NCBI GenBank assembly: GCA_030264375.1
Contig: JASCQW010000154.1
Span: 4,182,691 to 4,246,690, forward strand
Direction: 5' to 3'
From: Carcharhinus longimanus
Lineage: Eukaryota
Length of the DNA stretch: 64,000 bases
The translations under genes and the position numbers were made by a program. The notes beneath the pieces were generated by a model. That model saw only the letters and a program-made list of their open reading frames with translations, was not told the DNA's origin and made no database searches. Shown here piece after piece: positions 27,523 to 40,040 of this stretch. How positions within the stretch are numbered: the first letter of the stretch is position 1; every line of letters starts with the position of its first letter.

Positions 27523-27958
27523 ATTATTAATATTTTCCCTCAACCCGTTTTGCTTAAAAACAGCGTTTAGGCGGTTCTACTGCAGTCATGCCGAAAATCG
27601 ACAGTTTAATGCGTAACCCAAACAAAACATAAAAAATAGCTTCTACACCAGTCAGACATACTTTGCATATCTTCACTAAACAAAACTGATAATAAACAGT
27701 GATGTCGGTATGGTTACAGAGTCGTTATAATTAAATTTACATTCTGACCACGTATTTAGTCCATTTTAATGGTATCCCATAACAAATCCTCCATTACAGT
27801 ATTAAAAGAAGGAAGAGGACATGTTAGCATTCTGCAGACAGACTCCTTAAAAGAAGTGTGCAGTTAAACCCCGTCGGTCACAAACGTCTTTCGCATCTTT
27901 GTGATTAATTTCCGCGATTGAACAGTTTCAATTATCTTTTTTTAAAAGATAGTAATAA

Positions 27959-28206
27959 TTAGGGTGTGTTGGTTTTTACTTTCGCGATGACTTTCTTTTC
28001 CTTAACTCTCCTGTTCTGAAACCAGATGGTGATCTGCCGTTCGCTCAGGTTCGTAGCCGCCGAGATCTTCCTCCTCTTGTCTTTCGTGATGAATTTATTT
28101 GTTGCATATTCCCTCTCCAGTTCTTTCAGTTGGACTTTGGTGTAAGGAATCATTTTCTTCCTTCCGCGCCGAAAGGAGCTTCCATCCTGTTGGTGAACTG
28201 CAACAT
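27959..28206 (-). CDS. hoxb13: HoxB13 exon 2 (homeodomain; stop TAA at 27961-27959)
   Basis: Acceptor cacagcag|AT restores the frame (G+AT=Asp). Homeodomain [73 protein letters not shown] and the C-terminal AKVK..TP match HOXB13 rather than A13/C13/D13. Total CDS 918 nt. Confidence 0.95.
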
Positions 28207-28646
28207 CTGCTGTGTGTGACCGTACACACCGCGCCAAAAACACAACAGAAAAACACATCAGGGAAATGCAGCATTGGAAAAGAATGCAGAAATATTAATT
28301 AAACAACACGGTTATCGGCAACAATTTCAGTATCTAAAAGAGGTGTATTTAACTGAAAGGATGCTGCAAACGCCAGCAGCCTAACACTGCAACATGTGTG
28401 TAACATTCTAAGACGGAAAACAATGTAACAATAATGAAATTAACATTATATTCCTACTGAAAGCCTTGCACCGGAAACGAAAAGTAAAACTGTGCATTTT
28501 TGATCTTGTTCTAAATTACAGCATATTGCCAGAAATAAATTATTTGCAATCAGTTGCATGGGTTCAAAGTGTTTCCAATATACTTATTTAATCGGAGTTT
28601 GCAATTATAGGGAGTTTGGAATTATAGGGAGGAATTCATCTGTTAC
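28207..28646 (-). other. HoxB13 intron (440 bp, GT-AG)
   Basis: Canonical GT/AG ends that join the two exons in frame. Confidence 0.9.
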
Positions 28647-29316
28647 CTGCCAGTGTGGATTTCCAGAGATGTCCCGACTGTGCCTGCTCCTTAGAACAGC
28701 ACATCTGGCTATTCCACCCATTAAGGGCCCAGGGCTGGTAGCCTTCCATAGGTAACAAGGCTTCATGCCTCGGCTCCCCTGCGCCACTGATAGTTTGGAC
28801 TACGGAAACGTCCAGATAACTTGGCATTGGTTGGTAGGCACTCGCATAGCCGTGGTAGAAAGCGAATTCCTTCGGCCGGCCTGGGTATTCATCAGTGGGG
28901 ACAGGACTGTCCATATACTTGTCTCCTGGGTAACTAGACAGGGGGGCAGGCTGGGTACAAGGCTTGATTGAACTTCGACCCATTCGACAGGAGTAGTAGC
29001 CGCTGCCGAAATATCCATACGGTAGAGGGGCAGCGGTGGAGGCCTGTGGCATTGGACATGGGGTGCATTGCTTGCCAGGTTCCACTACCCCAGAGCCGTC
29101 GACTGTCGAGTAGCCAGAGCCGTGAACCAAAGGTGATGGATGAGCCCCGAGTGCAGAATGAGCCATCAAATTCCTGCACTGATTTGCAGAGAAATTGCCA
29201 GCACCTACAAATCCTTCCATTACCCCGTTATTCTTACTAATCTCATCCGAGTTGCTTTCATACAGGAACATCACACTGTCGACCCAGCGAGGTTTCAGAA
29301 GCAGTGACACTGTCAT
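28647..29316 (-). CDS. hoxb13: HoxB13 exon 1 (670 nt, 223 codons + 1 nt)
   Basis: [14 protein letters not shown]...MFLYE carries Hox13 motifs [39 protein letters not shown] and HLWKS. It ends at donor GCAG|GTAACA (GT at 28646-28645), phase 1. Confidence 0.95.
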
Positions 29317-29339
29317 ATCACGTTCAGCATTGGGTCTAT

Positions 29340-29470
29340 AGTTTCTTTTAAGAGACGCAGAACTGAGAGCGTTACCGAATTTCTCCCAGCTATCTGCACT
29401 GACGCATAAACCCGGGTTAAAAAAACACGCCCGCCGATTGGCTGCTCACGAATCACGTGTTATGCAAACA
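29340..29470 (-). promoter_or_regulatory. HoxB13 proximal promoter
   Basis: On the minus strand: E-box CACGTG (29454-29459), AGCCAATC box (~29436-29443), GGCGGGCG, a T-run/TTAA, and TTTATGCGTCA, all within ~150 bp of the ATG. Confidence 0.6.
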
Positions 29471-32400
29471 CTGATAATAAACCTTCCTGCAGAATTGGCA
29501 GAAAAGAAAGGTTCATTGCGAAATAGAAATTATTAAAGGCACGCGTTAAAATGTCCAATTGTTGCAACTGTAGAAAGTAAGGGGTTTGCAATGGACACTG
29601 AACACTCTGCACAGCGTCAGCTCAAACAAAACAATGTCACGTTTTAACACATGAACCAAATCAAAGTAATTGCAGCATCTGGTTGCGTTCGTCGATCAGG
29701 GAGTTTCTTCGCCAAGTCCTTTGCATTAGACAGAGTTATGCACGGATATTTTAAAAAGTTGCTTCCAATTGTCAGGAAAATCGAATGTGAAACCTGAAGG
29801 GAAGTGGGTTGCAGCCACCAGTAATACTTGTGTTTTTTAAAGCAGATTTGTTGGCTGGCATTTTACAGGCAGGTCAGTAGTTGTATTTTGCAATTGCTAT
29901 AAGAATGGTTGGTTAATTATTATCTGTCCGGGATACCAAACCTAAACAATTATGAGAAGGTATTTCTTTAAAAAAGCATTGAAAGTTAAAATCACATTAA
30001 CCAACTCTTCATTCTATACTTGGAACCTATTCTTTCAGACGATACGTGAGCATGTGTGGAAACATCTAACAAAAATAGCATCACCTTCCATTTAATGTAC
30101 AACACGTCAATAAACCACACACACATAGGTTGGCACACCTTCATAAACCTCTTTGAACAACATTTTGTCTATTCTGTCACACGTCTTGGATATTTGGAGT
30201 CAAATAAAATAAATAATATTACATGATAAATTCGAGTCAAAACCCTCCTAAAGAGTTAACGTTAACTGTAGGTTATCCACATATCAAATATATCTAATAG
30301 CCTAAATCGAAATGGCTTTGCCACATGGCGCTCTGCTAAGAATTAACAATTCTTATGCGATTTGTCAGTTATGATCTATCGCAGTACTGAGAAAATGTGT
30401 ATTCTTCAGTGTGGAATTCTATTATCATTACCGCGTACTCTTTTTACCTCGGATAATACCGCGCAATTCCCCATACATTTACTAAAAATCAATTTCCCTT
30501 ATTAAAGTCTTAGTAATTGACAAAGATTTATATCGGGGTTTGATATACCACAACAGGAATTTGCCTCACGTTTGCGGTCGCTCTTATTGTGAGCGTCTTA
30601 TTGGTAATTATTTACCCAAACATCGTAAAGATTTATTCAGGTATTATTCTCTGGTTTTATTTTCAAATTGTGCATTTTGTTTCACAATAGAACTGTCCAA
30701 AGCACAGCCGCATTCCCCTTTCTCAAACAATCCCCTAATGCTAAATATTTTCCTAGGTTCATTTTTATTTGGTGCCGAATGATTTGAAACTCGCATGTTT
30801 CTGAAATTTCTTAGTTTTTAAATAACTCTAATTCAGATTCCAAGTTCAACAGGACTGAAGTGTAGACATAGATGGCTCTGCTTTCTGTATCAGGCTGCAG
30901 AACAGTGTTTCAACTGCATGTGTGAGGCAGGAGTGCGATTTGTTATATTAAACGTGCTTTATAGACACAAGCAGCTATTATTGTTATTTGCAAATTGTGG
31001 GCGAAGCTACCACTTAAAAGTGGTTTGATACGGTTTGAATGCAAGCCCACGTGAACATAAAGTTCCATATTAATTAAGAAATGCCCTGCGATTGACGCTC
31101 ATAAATCTCTTCCTGATTTCAAAAGCTCCAACATTGTGTTATGTACTAGTCGACCCAAACAAGATATCGCATTCCGAGAGACAAGATCGATATGTTTTTG
31201 TTAATTCCTCTTTTAATGAGCACCGTGGCAATAACATGTTGAGAGTGATGTGGCGACATGGGAAGTGCAGTGAAGACTGATCCTTGCTCATTTGTAAATT
31301 CCCAGAATTATTATCAACCTTGAAAGTATAACAAACTAAACTTTCTTTTTAAACTTTTTAAAGAACAAAGTGTTAATTTGGGCGTAAACTGAAAATTAAC
31401 TTCTGCAAATAAAAACAGCTGCTTTATCAACGGCCATTTGCTGCAGTTGGTGGCGCCGGCATTGCTATAAAACCGATGAAAACTTCGAATAGAAAACATT
31501 GGTCAGAAAGTTAGTACTAATGTTACACAAAGCGAACTGGTCAATCAAGCGATTCATCTCAAAATATTATTTTTATCAGTAGGATTCATCGACGGACTAA
31601 TAAATTATAGATCACCAAGCGATGGGATTTAAATTTCAAATGCCATTAAGATAGAATCCAAAGAGCCTGGGAAATGGTTAGGCGCTATAGAGATGCAAGT
31701 CCGTTCCCATGTTCCATCTAAAGCCGCCAGGAGACAAACGCTTAAGCGGTATGTCACAATTCCAACGTATTTGAACAACATTTGACAACAAATATCAGAT
31801 CTTTAGTCATTTGTCCCAATCATAATCAGTCTATCAAATGAACTCCCCATCAAAATAATTCAAATGAAAGTGAACGTGTGCGAAGAACCATCTCTGTAGC
31901 ACAATAAATCACTTCAGGGAAGAAAGGAGCACAAAACGCCAAACATATTTACAAATAAACAATACATATCGGAAACACTAAGCCTAGCGAAATTCAGATT
32001 TCCTATAATAATTTTCATTTGGTCCAAGCTACCCTCTTTAGATGGTAAGCTATTAACAACACCTTTTTCTACCGATCCCTCTTTCTGTTTATGAAAACGC
32101 AAGTGAAAAGATTATTTTTACTGCCTACTTAATTGTGCGAACAATGTTTTAAAAGTATTAAACAATACACAAGTGATGTGTTAACGTTTTTATGTGCGAC
32201 TAATAGCAGATGTCTGTTTTCCAATATTACACCAAAATTTCACAATAAGGCGGGGTGATAGGAAATTTAGAAACCACATCTAAACATTTCTATTAGCAAT
32301 TAAATATTTGTCAGTCATCATATACCATGGAACAATATTAATATTTGTTTAAAGAGCAGTTAATTGTCGTAGAGTATAACTTACAAATAAAAATAAATGT

Positions 32401-32667
32401 TAGCTAACCAGGCTTCCTATCAATTTGAAATTTGATTTTTCTTTAAATGCCTATAACCATTAGTTGCTTATTTGCATTTAACGCTTCTGATGTGAAGAGA
32501 GCAGCTTTTCAATTTTTATCAAATCGCTTGAGCCTGGGTTTTGAGTAAAGTCTTGGTACAGAAAAGCTCTGGGTCGGTGTTCGAGGGAGGGGAAGATGTG
32601 CCGAGGACGAGACACAAGCAATTAAGGAAGAGTCAGCCTTTTTTACATACGAGTTAGACACGGCTGA

Positions 32668-32691
32668 AGGCCAAGGTCAAGGTGAAAGTTA
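32668..32691 (+). promoter_or_regulatory. Four tandem zero-spaced nuclear receptor half-sites
   Basis: AGGCCA AGGTCA AGGTGA AAGTTA. Confidence 0.45.
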
Positions 32692-35600
32692 AGAGTCTAG
32701 CCGCTCAGAAAGCTGTCATTCAAGTGCTTTTCCTTNNNNNNNNNNNNNNNNNNNNNNNNNNNNNNNNNNNNNNNNNCTGCTTCCTTTATTCGTTGAGAAA
32801 AGCATTCGGAAGCTAATACTCCTTAAGCAACGCAGTTCACAAGACGGTGTGAGACATATTAATTTAAATAAAAAAAAACTGGTTTCGAAGAGATTCCAAG
32901 TAATATCACAGAACTTTTGTAGCTGACTTTAGTAGATCAACAACTGTTGGCTAAATAATGAGATACCCACATAAAAGTTCCTTTTGCACGTGTTTTCCTA
33001 TCAAAAACTGACATCAAATTTATTCACATATGGTATCACTTTAGTATATTGTAATTATACCTTTATTTTAACCTCCAATAACCTAACAAAATATGTATAT
33101 TATGATCAAGCACAACTGTATGAAATGCCATTCAATGTGGGATTGCATGTATCTGGACCCAGTGATAACAAAATGTCGGGAAAAAATGGTCAGTCACTAC
33201 TCGAGATCAGTAAAGAGTTTTAATGAACCTTCATTTATTTACATTTACTGTTGTGTACAAAGCTGTGTTTTGTACACACATTTAATTTTTAAAAGCCGCA
33301 GAGATATACAAAAGCTACAGCCGCAGTACAAACACACTGGTTGCTCCCCGTATGGTCACTGGGCCTTGATTTGTTTAGAGGTGTTGGATCTCGTGCTGTG
33401 TCCACACTAAAGTTATATAGCAGCTCGTTTCTGTCTCCCCGAGGTATCTGAATATTGCAAACTATACGAGGGAGTAGAGTTAATTTAAATTCAAATTATT
33501 GAAATGTTACCATGCCACTACAATCGCTGGCAAAATATCTTAGTTTATTTGCTTCGAAATATTACATATACACAAAAATTCAGGTTTAGTTTCAATGGTG
33601 GTTATTTATATGAAATAGTTTCCACCAAAGGGCGGCGCATAGATTCAATATTATTCATGAATCAAAGAAATGACAACACGGTTCGACATGGTGAGAAGTT
33701 ATTTCCAATAGCTTGCTTCTTTTGTCTATTAAAATATTATTTAAGTCTTTTTAATTCGAAAAAATGCATACTTTCACAAGCCGAGCTGATAATGTTACAT
33801 TATTTGCATGAAAATGGTTTTATATTTTCCTCCAAGACTATTTTCTTGCGAGACTTGCATGGTGCTTTTTGTGAGGATTGGTGGAATGAAGGGCCCATAA
33901 GCATTCGAAGAAAGACTACGGCGAAATTACGAAGAATGAGAGGCTCCAGTGTCCGAGAGAGAGAAAAACAAACACAGGAAAGGGAAGAGTCATCCTAACC
34001 ATGCTCCGGCAGCTCGCATGCGTTTGCTTTGCGCGTCTTCTGCAGGATTTGCCCTTACTCTCGCCGGCGCGTTAATCAGTGATCCGGACAAAGACTTGTG
34101 GATGTTTACGGCGTAATAGTAATTTCAACCCCACTCTCAGCCCTACTCCGTTAAATATTTATTTCTCACCAGAAAACGTGCATAATTTAAGATATTGTGT
34201 TAAAAGCGTTCGTTTTTTTTAAAGGAAATACATCCGGAATTGGTAAATTGTTACTTTGGAAATGGAATTATACGCCTCCGTTGCCATTCCCTGCGAGTAG
34301 TCGTTTTAGGTCACTTTACAACGAATGTGACGCATACTTTCACATTTAGACCATCGGTAAGTATGGAAGTGAGTATATCCGAGGTAGAGTAGTCCTCCTC
34401 CCTCTGGGTAGTTGTAAGATGACCCAACTGAAAGGTATCTCAGTGTGGGGAGCACTTCCGGGACCTCTCCACGCTGTGAAAATGCAAAAAATATGAATAT
34501 TAGACAAAATACTTCAAAAGTTATTTAAAGTTAATTAACCTCACAAACTCGAAAATAATTTTAGCTGCACTTAAATATATTCCTTTCACATTGTTCCGTG
34601 TGTTTTCTGCATTTACAATAATTGGGTCCCCATCAGCATCATTAATAAAAGCTGAATAACCCAAAAAGACGAATCTCCCTTTTACCATTGCGGTGTTTAG
34701 ACTTTTCTCTTGCAGTAATAACCCCGTCTGCATTGGTATTTCCGTGTTATCTATAAAAGAAAGTCCATAAATAAAACAATTAAGAATTACTGGTTACTTT
34801 TTTTTAAAATACTGCACTCATATATTTTATCCACCAGTTTTTGGTATTGTGAACATACGGTATTGTATTTAAAATAAAAACAAAAAAATGCCAGAAAAAC
34901 TCAGCAGGTCAGACAGCATCTTTGAAGAGAGAAAATAGAGTTAACGTTTCGAGTCCGTATCTTCAGAGCATTGTATGTAACATTTTTTCTATGGGGTTGA
35001 ATACATTCAATTAAAGTAAGCAATGAGGTAGAAATATCGTCAACCTCGCGAAAGAGACCTGGGAGAGAATTGACCATTTTGCGGATATACATTTGGGATA
35101 TATTAACCATCCGAAAACTCACGCGATCCATCTCTCTAATGGATACGTCGCTCAAGGACTTTACTAATCAATTTACTCTTTCTTCTGAGTTGGTGCAGAA
35201 TAGCATGCTTATACATGATGTTATTTCTTTGACAATTAAATCGCTTCTGTGTGAATTCGCTTCTCGAATTCTCACCATTAACGACTAATGCGGTCAGTCT
35301 CGCAAATCGCTCGAACATCGATTAGTGGCTATTTTCCCTCTCCACAGTTGCTGGCAGACCTATTGAGTTTTTCCAGCATTTTATTTCTTTGTTGTCGTAG
35401 CTATTCCTGATTGAAAATGGCAAACGCTGACTTCAAATCGCATAAAAATATCTTTTTGTTTCTATAAACTACCTCTGTATAGTCGAATTTGCGTACGAAA
35501 TATTTACGATATTTACACGGGATACACGGACCAAATATACTGATACACAATTCTACACGTGCAAAGGAAAATGAATAAGTATAAAACAAGAAAGAGTAAC

Positions 35601-35899
35601 AATGCTGTAAATACAAAACTAAAATAAATTGCTGATTACGGACAATGAGCCACTCAGCATCAGAAAACAAGAAAAAAGTCAACTTTTCTGCTGTGGGCTG
35701 TGGGTCAGAATGGTGCAATTAAATTTTCCTTTTCTTTTAATTTTGCTATTCAGATCTAAATACCTGTTGAAAGTTTGTGTGATATAATTAATATACAATT
35801 CTGGTGTTTGTCTATTAACAAGGGTATTTTTGATTTAATGACAAATAATAGCCGCATATCATGAATAACCAGGAAAGATTAACGCCAAATGATTTTCCA

Positions 35900-36540
35900 T
35901 CAGCTGGGAAAATAAGGCAGCTATGAGGAGATTGTTTTTCTGTCAGTGAATCATAAATCTTTGGAACTTTCTTCCTCAAAAGTCAGTGAAAGCAGAGTCT
36001 CCAAACGATTTGAAGGAGGAGTTGGATAGATTCCTGTGAAGAAGGAGTTGGATAGATTCCTGGTAAGCAAATGGGTGAAGGTTATCAGAGGTAGGCGGGA
36101 AAGTGATGTTGACCCTACATTCAGATTAACCATAATCTTATTGAATAGCAGAACAGGCCTGAGGAACTGAGTGGCTTCATATGTTGTATTGAAGGGGAGG
36201 GAGAGAACAGGGTGAGAGTTATATGTTATTGTTTTTATATGGTTTTTTTCAACTTCATGTTACTCCAAAATGAATGCATCGCTTCCTTGCTCCTCAGCCA
36301 AGGTATTCACTTATTGTTTTCCAACAATTCAAAGTATCTGTCAGCAAAAAATAATTCTCATTTGGGCTTTAATTGGGGAATAACTTGGGCAGTAACATGT
36401 GGCTGCCATTTGAAGAGCTGTATGGACAGGATCACTGACCGATTGCAGGATGGTGAAATTAAGCACAGTAACTCTTAATCGACCAGCGTTGTCACGATCG
36501 GCTAAATGACCTCCTTCTGTGTCGTAAATTTTCGATGATT
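35900..36540 (+). mobile_element. Two CR1 3' tail fragments
   Basis: TTTTTCTGTCAGTGA..GGAGTTGGATAGATT..TCTTATTGAATAGCAGAACAGGCC and GGCTAAATGACCTCCTTCTGTG tails. Confidence 0.7.
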
Positions 36541-36764
36541 TTTGATAAGGTAAATGTGTCGTCCTTAAACAGTCCACAAGTGACATGTTCCCACTTTATT
36601 CGCACTGTAGAAAATGTCCAATATTTCGGGATTATGTCATCCAATTTTACATTAACTGGAGTTAGAATTAAAACAGAAAATGATTTTCATCTACCCAATC
36701 GCATCAAGGGGTGAATATTGGAATGACGCTCATTAACACACGAATGATTCTTTTTAGCATTTGA

Positions 36765-37040
36765 GAAACAGAGAGGTTACAGCAAAAAGCTGTCATGGAA
36801 TATAAGTAGAACGACACAGAGAGAGAATGAAAGAGACAGATTGAAATAGCAACGGAGACGGAGGGAGAGAGAGTCATTCAGACAGGGGTGGCGGTGGGGA
36901 TTGCACAGAGATCGAGGCAGAAAGCGACAGAAACAGTCAAACAGTGACAGATAATCAGACAAACGGAGAGGTGGGAGCAGAGAAAGGAAATCAGAGACAG
37001 AAAGATAGAAATACAAACACAGAAGGATAGAGAGAAAAAA
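36765..37040. repeat. GA-rich low-complexity tract
   Basis: Degenerate gaga/gaca repeats. Confidence 0.8.
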
Positions 37041-37159
37041 AGATAAATAAAGCCTGGAATGAACCGTTCCAGCTTAATTATTCTCGAATGAGTAAATACG
37101 TCATGTTGTGCAATGATCCAATCAAACCGTAAACAGGTTCAGGAGCAGGCAACGCTTCC

Positions 37160-37174
37160 TGACCTTGAACTTGA
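37160..37174 (-). promoter_or_regulatory. DR0 element with TCA extension
   Basis: Minus strand reads TCA AGTTCA AGGTCA. Confidence 0.5.
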
Positions 37175-39189
37175 CACCATTAGGCCGCGGCTTTGTCGCA
37201 CTCTCGTTGGACTACGGGATATATAGCGAAATTAGAATGAATGAATATTTGAATATGTTGATACGAAATATGCGTAATATACGCACTTAATTCACTAAAA
37301 TGAGATTAAAGCAATAGATCAGAGATGCATTTAAGGATATATTTCCCACAAAATGAACTTGGAGTTTTGAAACCGGACTTCTGTCACAGACTGTTAAAGT
37401 ATTGAATCAAACATCAAAGAAATCGTCACATTGAAGGCCCTTTCCTGAACGCACATTCAAAGGTTTTACAATTCCTATTTATTTAAGTTCTGCTTGTATG
37501 TGTTTTCTTCACAGATGCGGTCTTGCAATGGGCAGGGCTTACAATTTATGTTTGTTTTTTATCATGCTGGATCCCCTTATTTTAAAACAAAACCTGTTTG
37601 TTATCTTGAGTCTGGAAGTTTGCCTTGTTGTCGGGTAAGTGAAAAATGTATCCCTGTTGTCCCACAAATAACGTTATCTCCTCAATCTATATACACTTAT
37701 AGTTCTTCCAATCTATACTCTTATAGACTGTAGGGCTCATTTCTTGTAGCACACTGACTGTTTATAAGATATTTCGTCAGATCATCTCCCAAATGGTTTA
37801 TCACAGTTTTAAACAAATTTTCTCGAATCTGACCATGTAGAAAGGGTATATTTAGGAATCTGAACCTGAAGCTTTGATTCCTTTGGTCTTTAGTACAAAC
37901 TCATACTGTTCCGATATTGAACTTTAATGCCCCAGTCTGTCCGAGTATTAGGCTGCAAGCGTGGATCGTTTGATGTGAACAAAATCACCCTGCTGCTGTG
38001 TTTCTATAAGCTTTTACTTAAGGACATGCAATTATATACACGAGGAGAAAACACATTCAATTAAATAATTTAAAAGTTGCAGCAACAACACAAAACTTTG
38101 GCCTGTAGTTATTGTATATAAAAATATATGTACTTATAAATTAGATGGCCTTGAAGTATTTCTGCAACTATCCGTATATAAAAGATTCACTTTAGTAATA
38201 GTGCAATATTGACAGGTAGAAGTGCTTAGCGACGTGATGATCATGCTATGAATTCGCACAAGGTATTCATTAACAAATACAAAAATTTAAAACTGCAGCA
38301 TGGATGTTTACGTGTGCACAATAATCGTTTAGATTATATGGTACTGGACCAACTGATTACTATAAAATTCCTGTTAAATCAATCCACATTTTTGTCTGGA
38401 TCCGGACATTGTTATAACCACCCGCTGCCTTAAATTAAATAACAGATTTTTTATGATGCTCTGTGCAAACGTTTGGAATTTCGAGTATGGGACTGATTTA
38501 TTTATTACTGTATATCCTGCTCATCTGGGAAGTGATATCCTGTAGGTATTGTTTATGTGGTGGAATTCATTTCACTTACATTACCTTTCATTTGTATTTT
38601 AACCGCTCAGAGCATGCCTTGATGCGAATATCCGCCAGTATTATCGCTGATTTTGTTTAAAGATGAAAACAATCTTGGCGTTGGGTGCAAAGTTGCTTTG
38701 GGGTTTATTGTTTTCTAATAGAACAATCCTTGTAGACAATTAAAACATTTTGGTACAAATTTTTGAATCTATTCCGAGAGTGTGAATTTTATTTTCGCTG
38801 TTAAAAAGAAATGTAGGGGTTTTAGTGCAGACCAAATGGAAATAAAAATGTCGCTTAAAAATAAAACACGGTTGCTATCATGCCAGTAAAAGACTATTCT
38901 GTCCTGACTAAGTTTAATACTTTTGTCTGGACACATTCGCCTTTAACAAACGCATTTATATGCTGATCGATTTATTACCGTTCCACAAAGTAGTTTCCAA
39001 ATGGCAGATTTGGAAATTATTTTAAAAGTATTACTTATTCTTGATCTTAAATAATAGAGCAATGGATTTATCAGTTAGGCAATCTGCAATTGCAGAGTCT
39101 TGGTATTAGGTTTAATTCGTCAATTTTACAGCAGAAAATATTGAATGTTAGCCAGAATTTATGTAGCATCGTATCTCATCTGACAGAAA

Positions 39190-39770
39190 CGCTGTAAGGG
39201 CTTGACAGAGTGGATAGAGATGCCATCACTAGTGGGGGAGTCTAGAACAAGGGGACATAGCTGCAAGATAAAGTTTAAAGTTAAAGTTTATATATTAGTG
39301 TCACAAGTAGGCTCACAATAAAATTACTGTGAAAATCCCCTAGTCGTCACACTCCGGCGCCTGTTCAGGTACACTGAGGGAGAATTTAGCGTGGCTAATG
39401 CATCTAACCAGCACGTCTTTCATATTGTGGGAGGAGCACCCGGAGGAAACCCACATAGTCACGGGGAGAATGTGCAGACTCCACGCAGATATAGAGGATC
39501 CGACATTTAAAGCCGAGGTGCATAGAAATTTCTTCTTGCAGTGGGTGGTGAATCTATGGAATTCTCTACCCATCGGGTGGTGGGGGCTGGACCATTAGAA
39601 GTATTTAAAATGGAGGTGGATAAATATTTGATAGGTCAAGGAGCAGAAGACTATGGGGAAATGGCACAGAAAATGAGTTGAGGCCGGGCGTAGATCAGCC
39701 ATAGTCGTATTGAATGGTTGGTCAGGCTTAAGCCGGATTGCCTCTCCCTGCTTCTATTTTTCGTGTGTTG
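39190..39770 (+). mobile_element. CR1 3' fragment interrupted by a SINE
   Basis: GGGGAGTCTAGAACAAGGGGACATAG before the insertion; RNFFLQWVVNLWNSLP and the tail after it. Confidence 0.8.
39270..39490 (-). mobile_element. HE1/V-SINE-type SINE inserted in CR1
   Basis: Reverse complement of the 8079-8350 element: GAGCACCCGGAGGAAACCCAC..ACGGGGAGAATGTGCAGACTCC. Confidence 0.85.
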
Positions 39771-39839
39771 TGTGTTCACATCTAATGGGGTGTCTGGTAG
39801 AAGTGTTGGCGCTCTTATCTGTGTTGTAAAGATATGTTC

Positions 39840-40040
39840 TTTTATTCTTTCATGGGATGTGAGCATCACTGGTTAGGTCAACATTTATATTGTCCATGAT
39901 AATTGCCCTTGAGAAGGTGGTGCTGAGTAGCCTTTTTGAACAGCTGGAGTTCATGCGATGTAGGTACACCCACAGTGCTGTTAGGAAGGGAGTTCCAGGA
40001 TTTTGAGCCAGCCACAGTGCAGGAACACATTTCGAAACTT
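39840..40040 (-). mobile_element. LINE 3' tail
   Basis: TAATTGCCCTTGAGAAGGTGGTG..GGAAGGGAGTTCCAGGATTTTG, same family as 14180-14400 and 46490-46685. Confidence 0.75.

Noticed and set aside
1-27900. miR-196 or miR-10 hairpin, or intact HoxB10
   Set aside because: Mature sequences and coding motifs were not seen by eye on either strand; they probably lie outside the window.
28558-29240. Alternative-frame and antisense ORFs over HoxB13
   Set aside because: Shadows of a GC-richer coding exon, with no recognisable protein.
33504-33998. 164-aa ORF (likewise 60058-60576 and 48560-48940)
   Set aside because: Composition is typical of random AT-rich ORFs; no domain or splice support.
36015-36065. 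Direct repeat AGGAGTTGGATAGATTCCTG x2
   Set aside because: Local duplication inside a CR1 tail; not CRISPR-like, and the context is eukaryotic.
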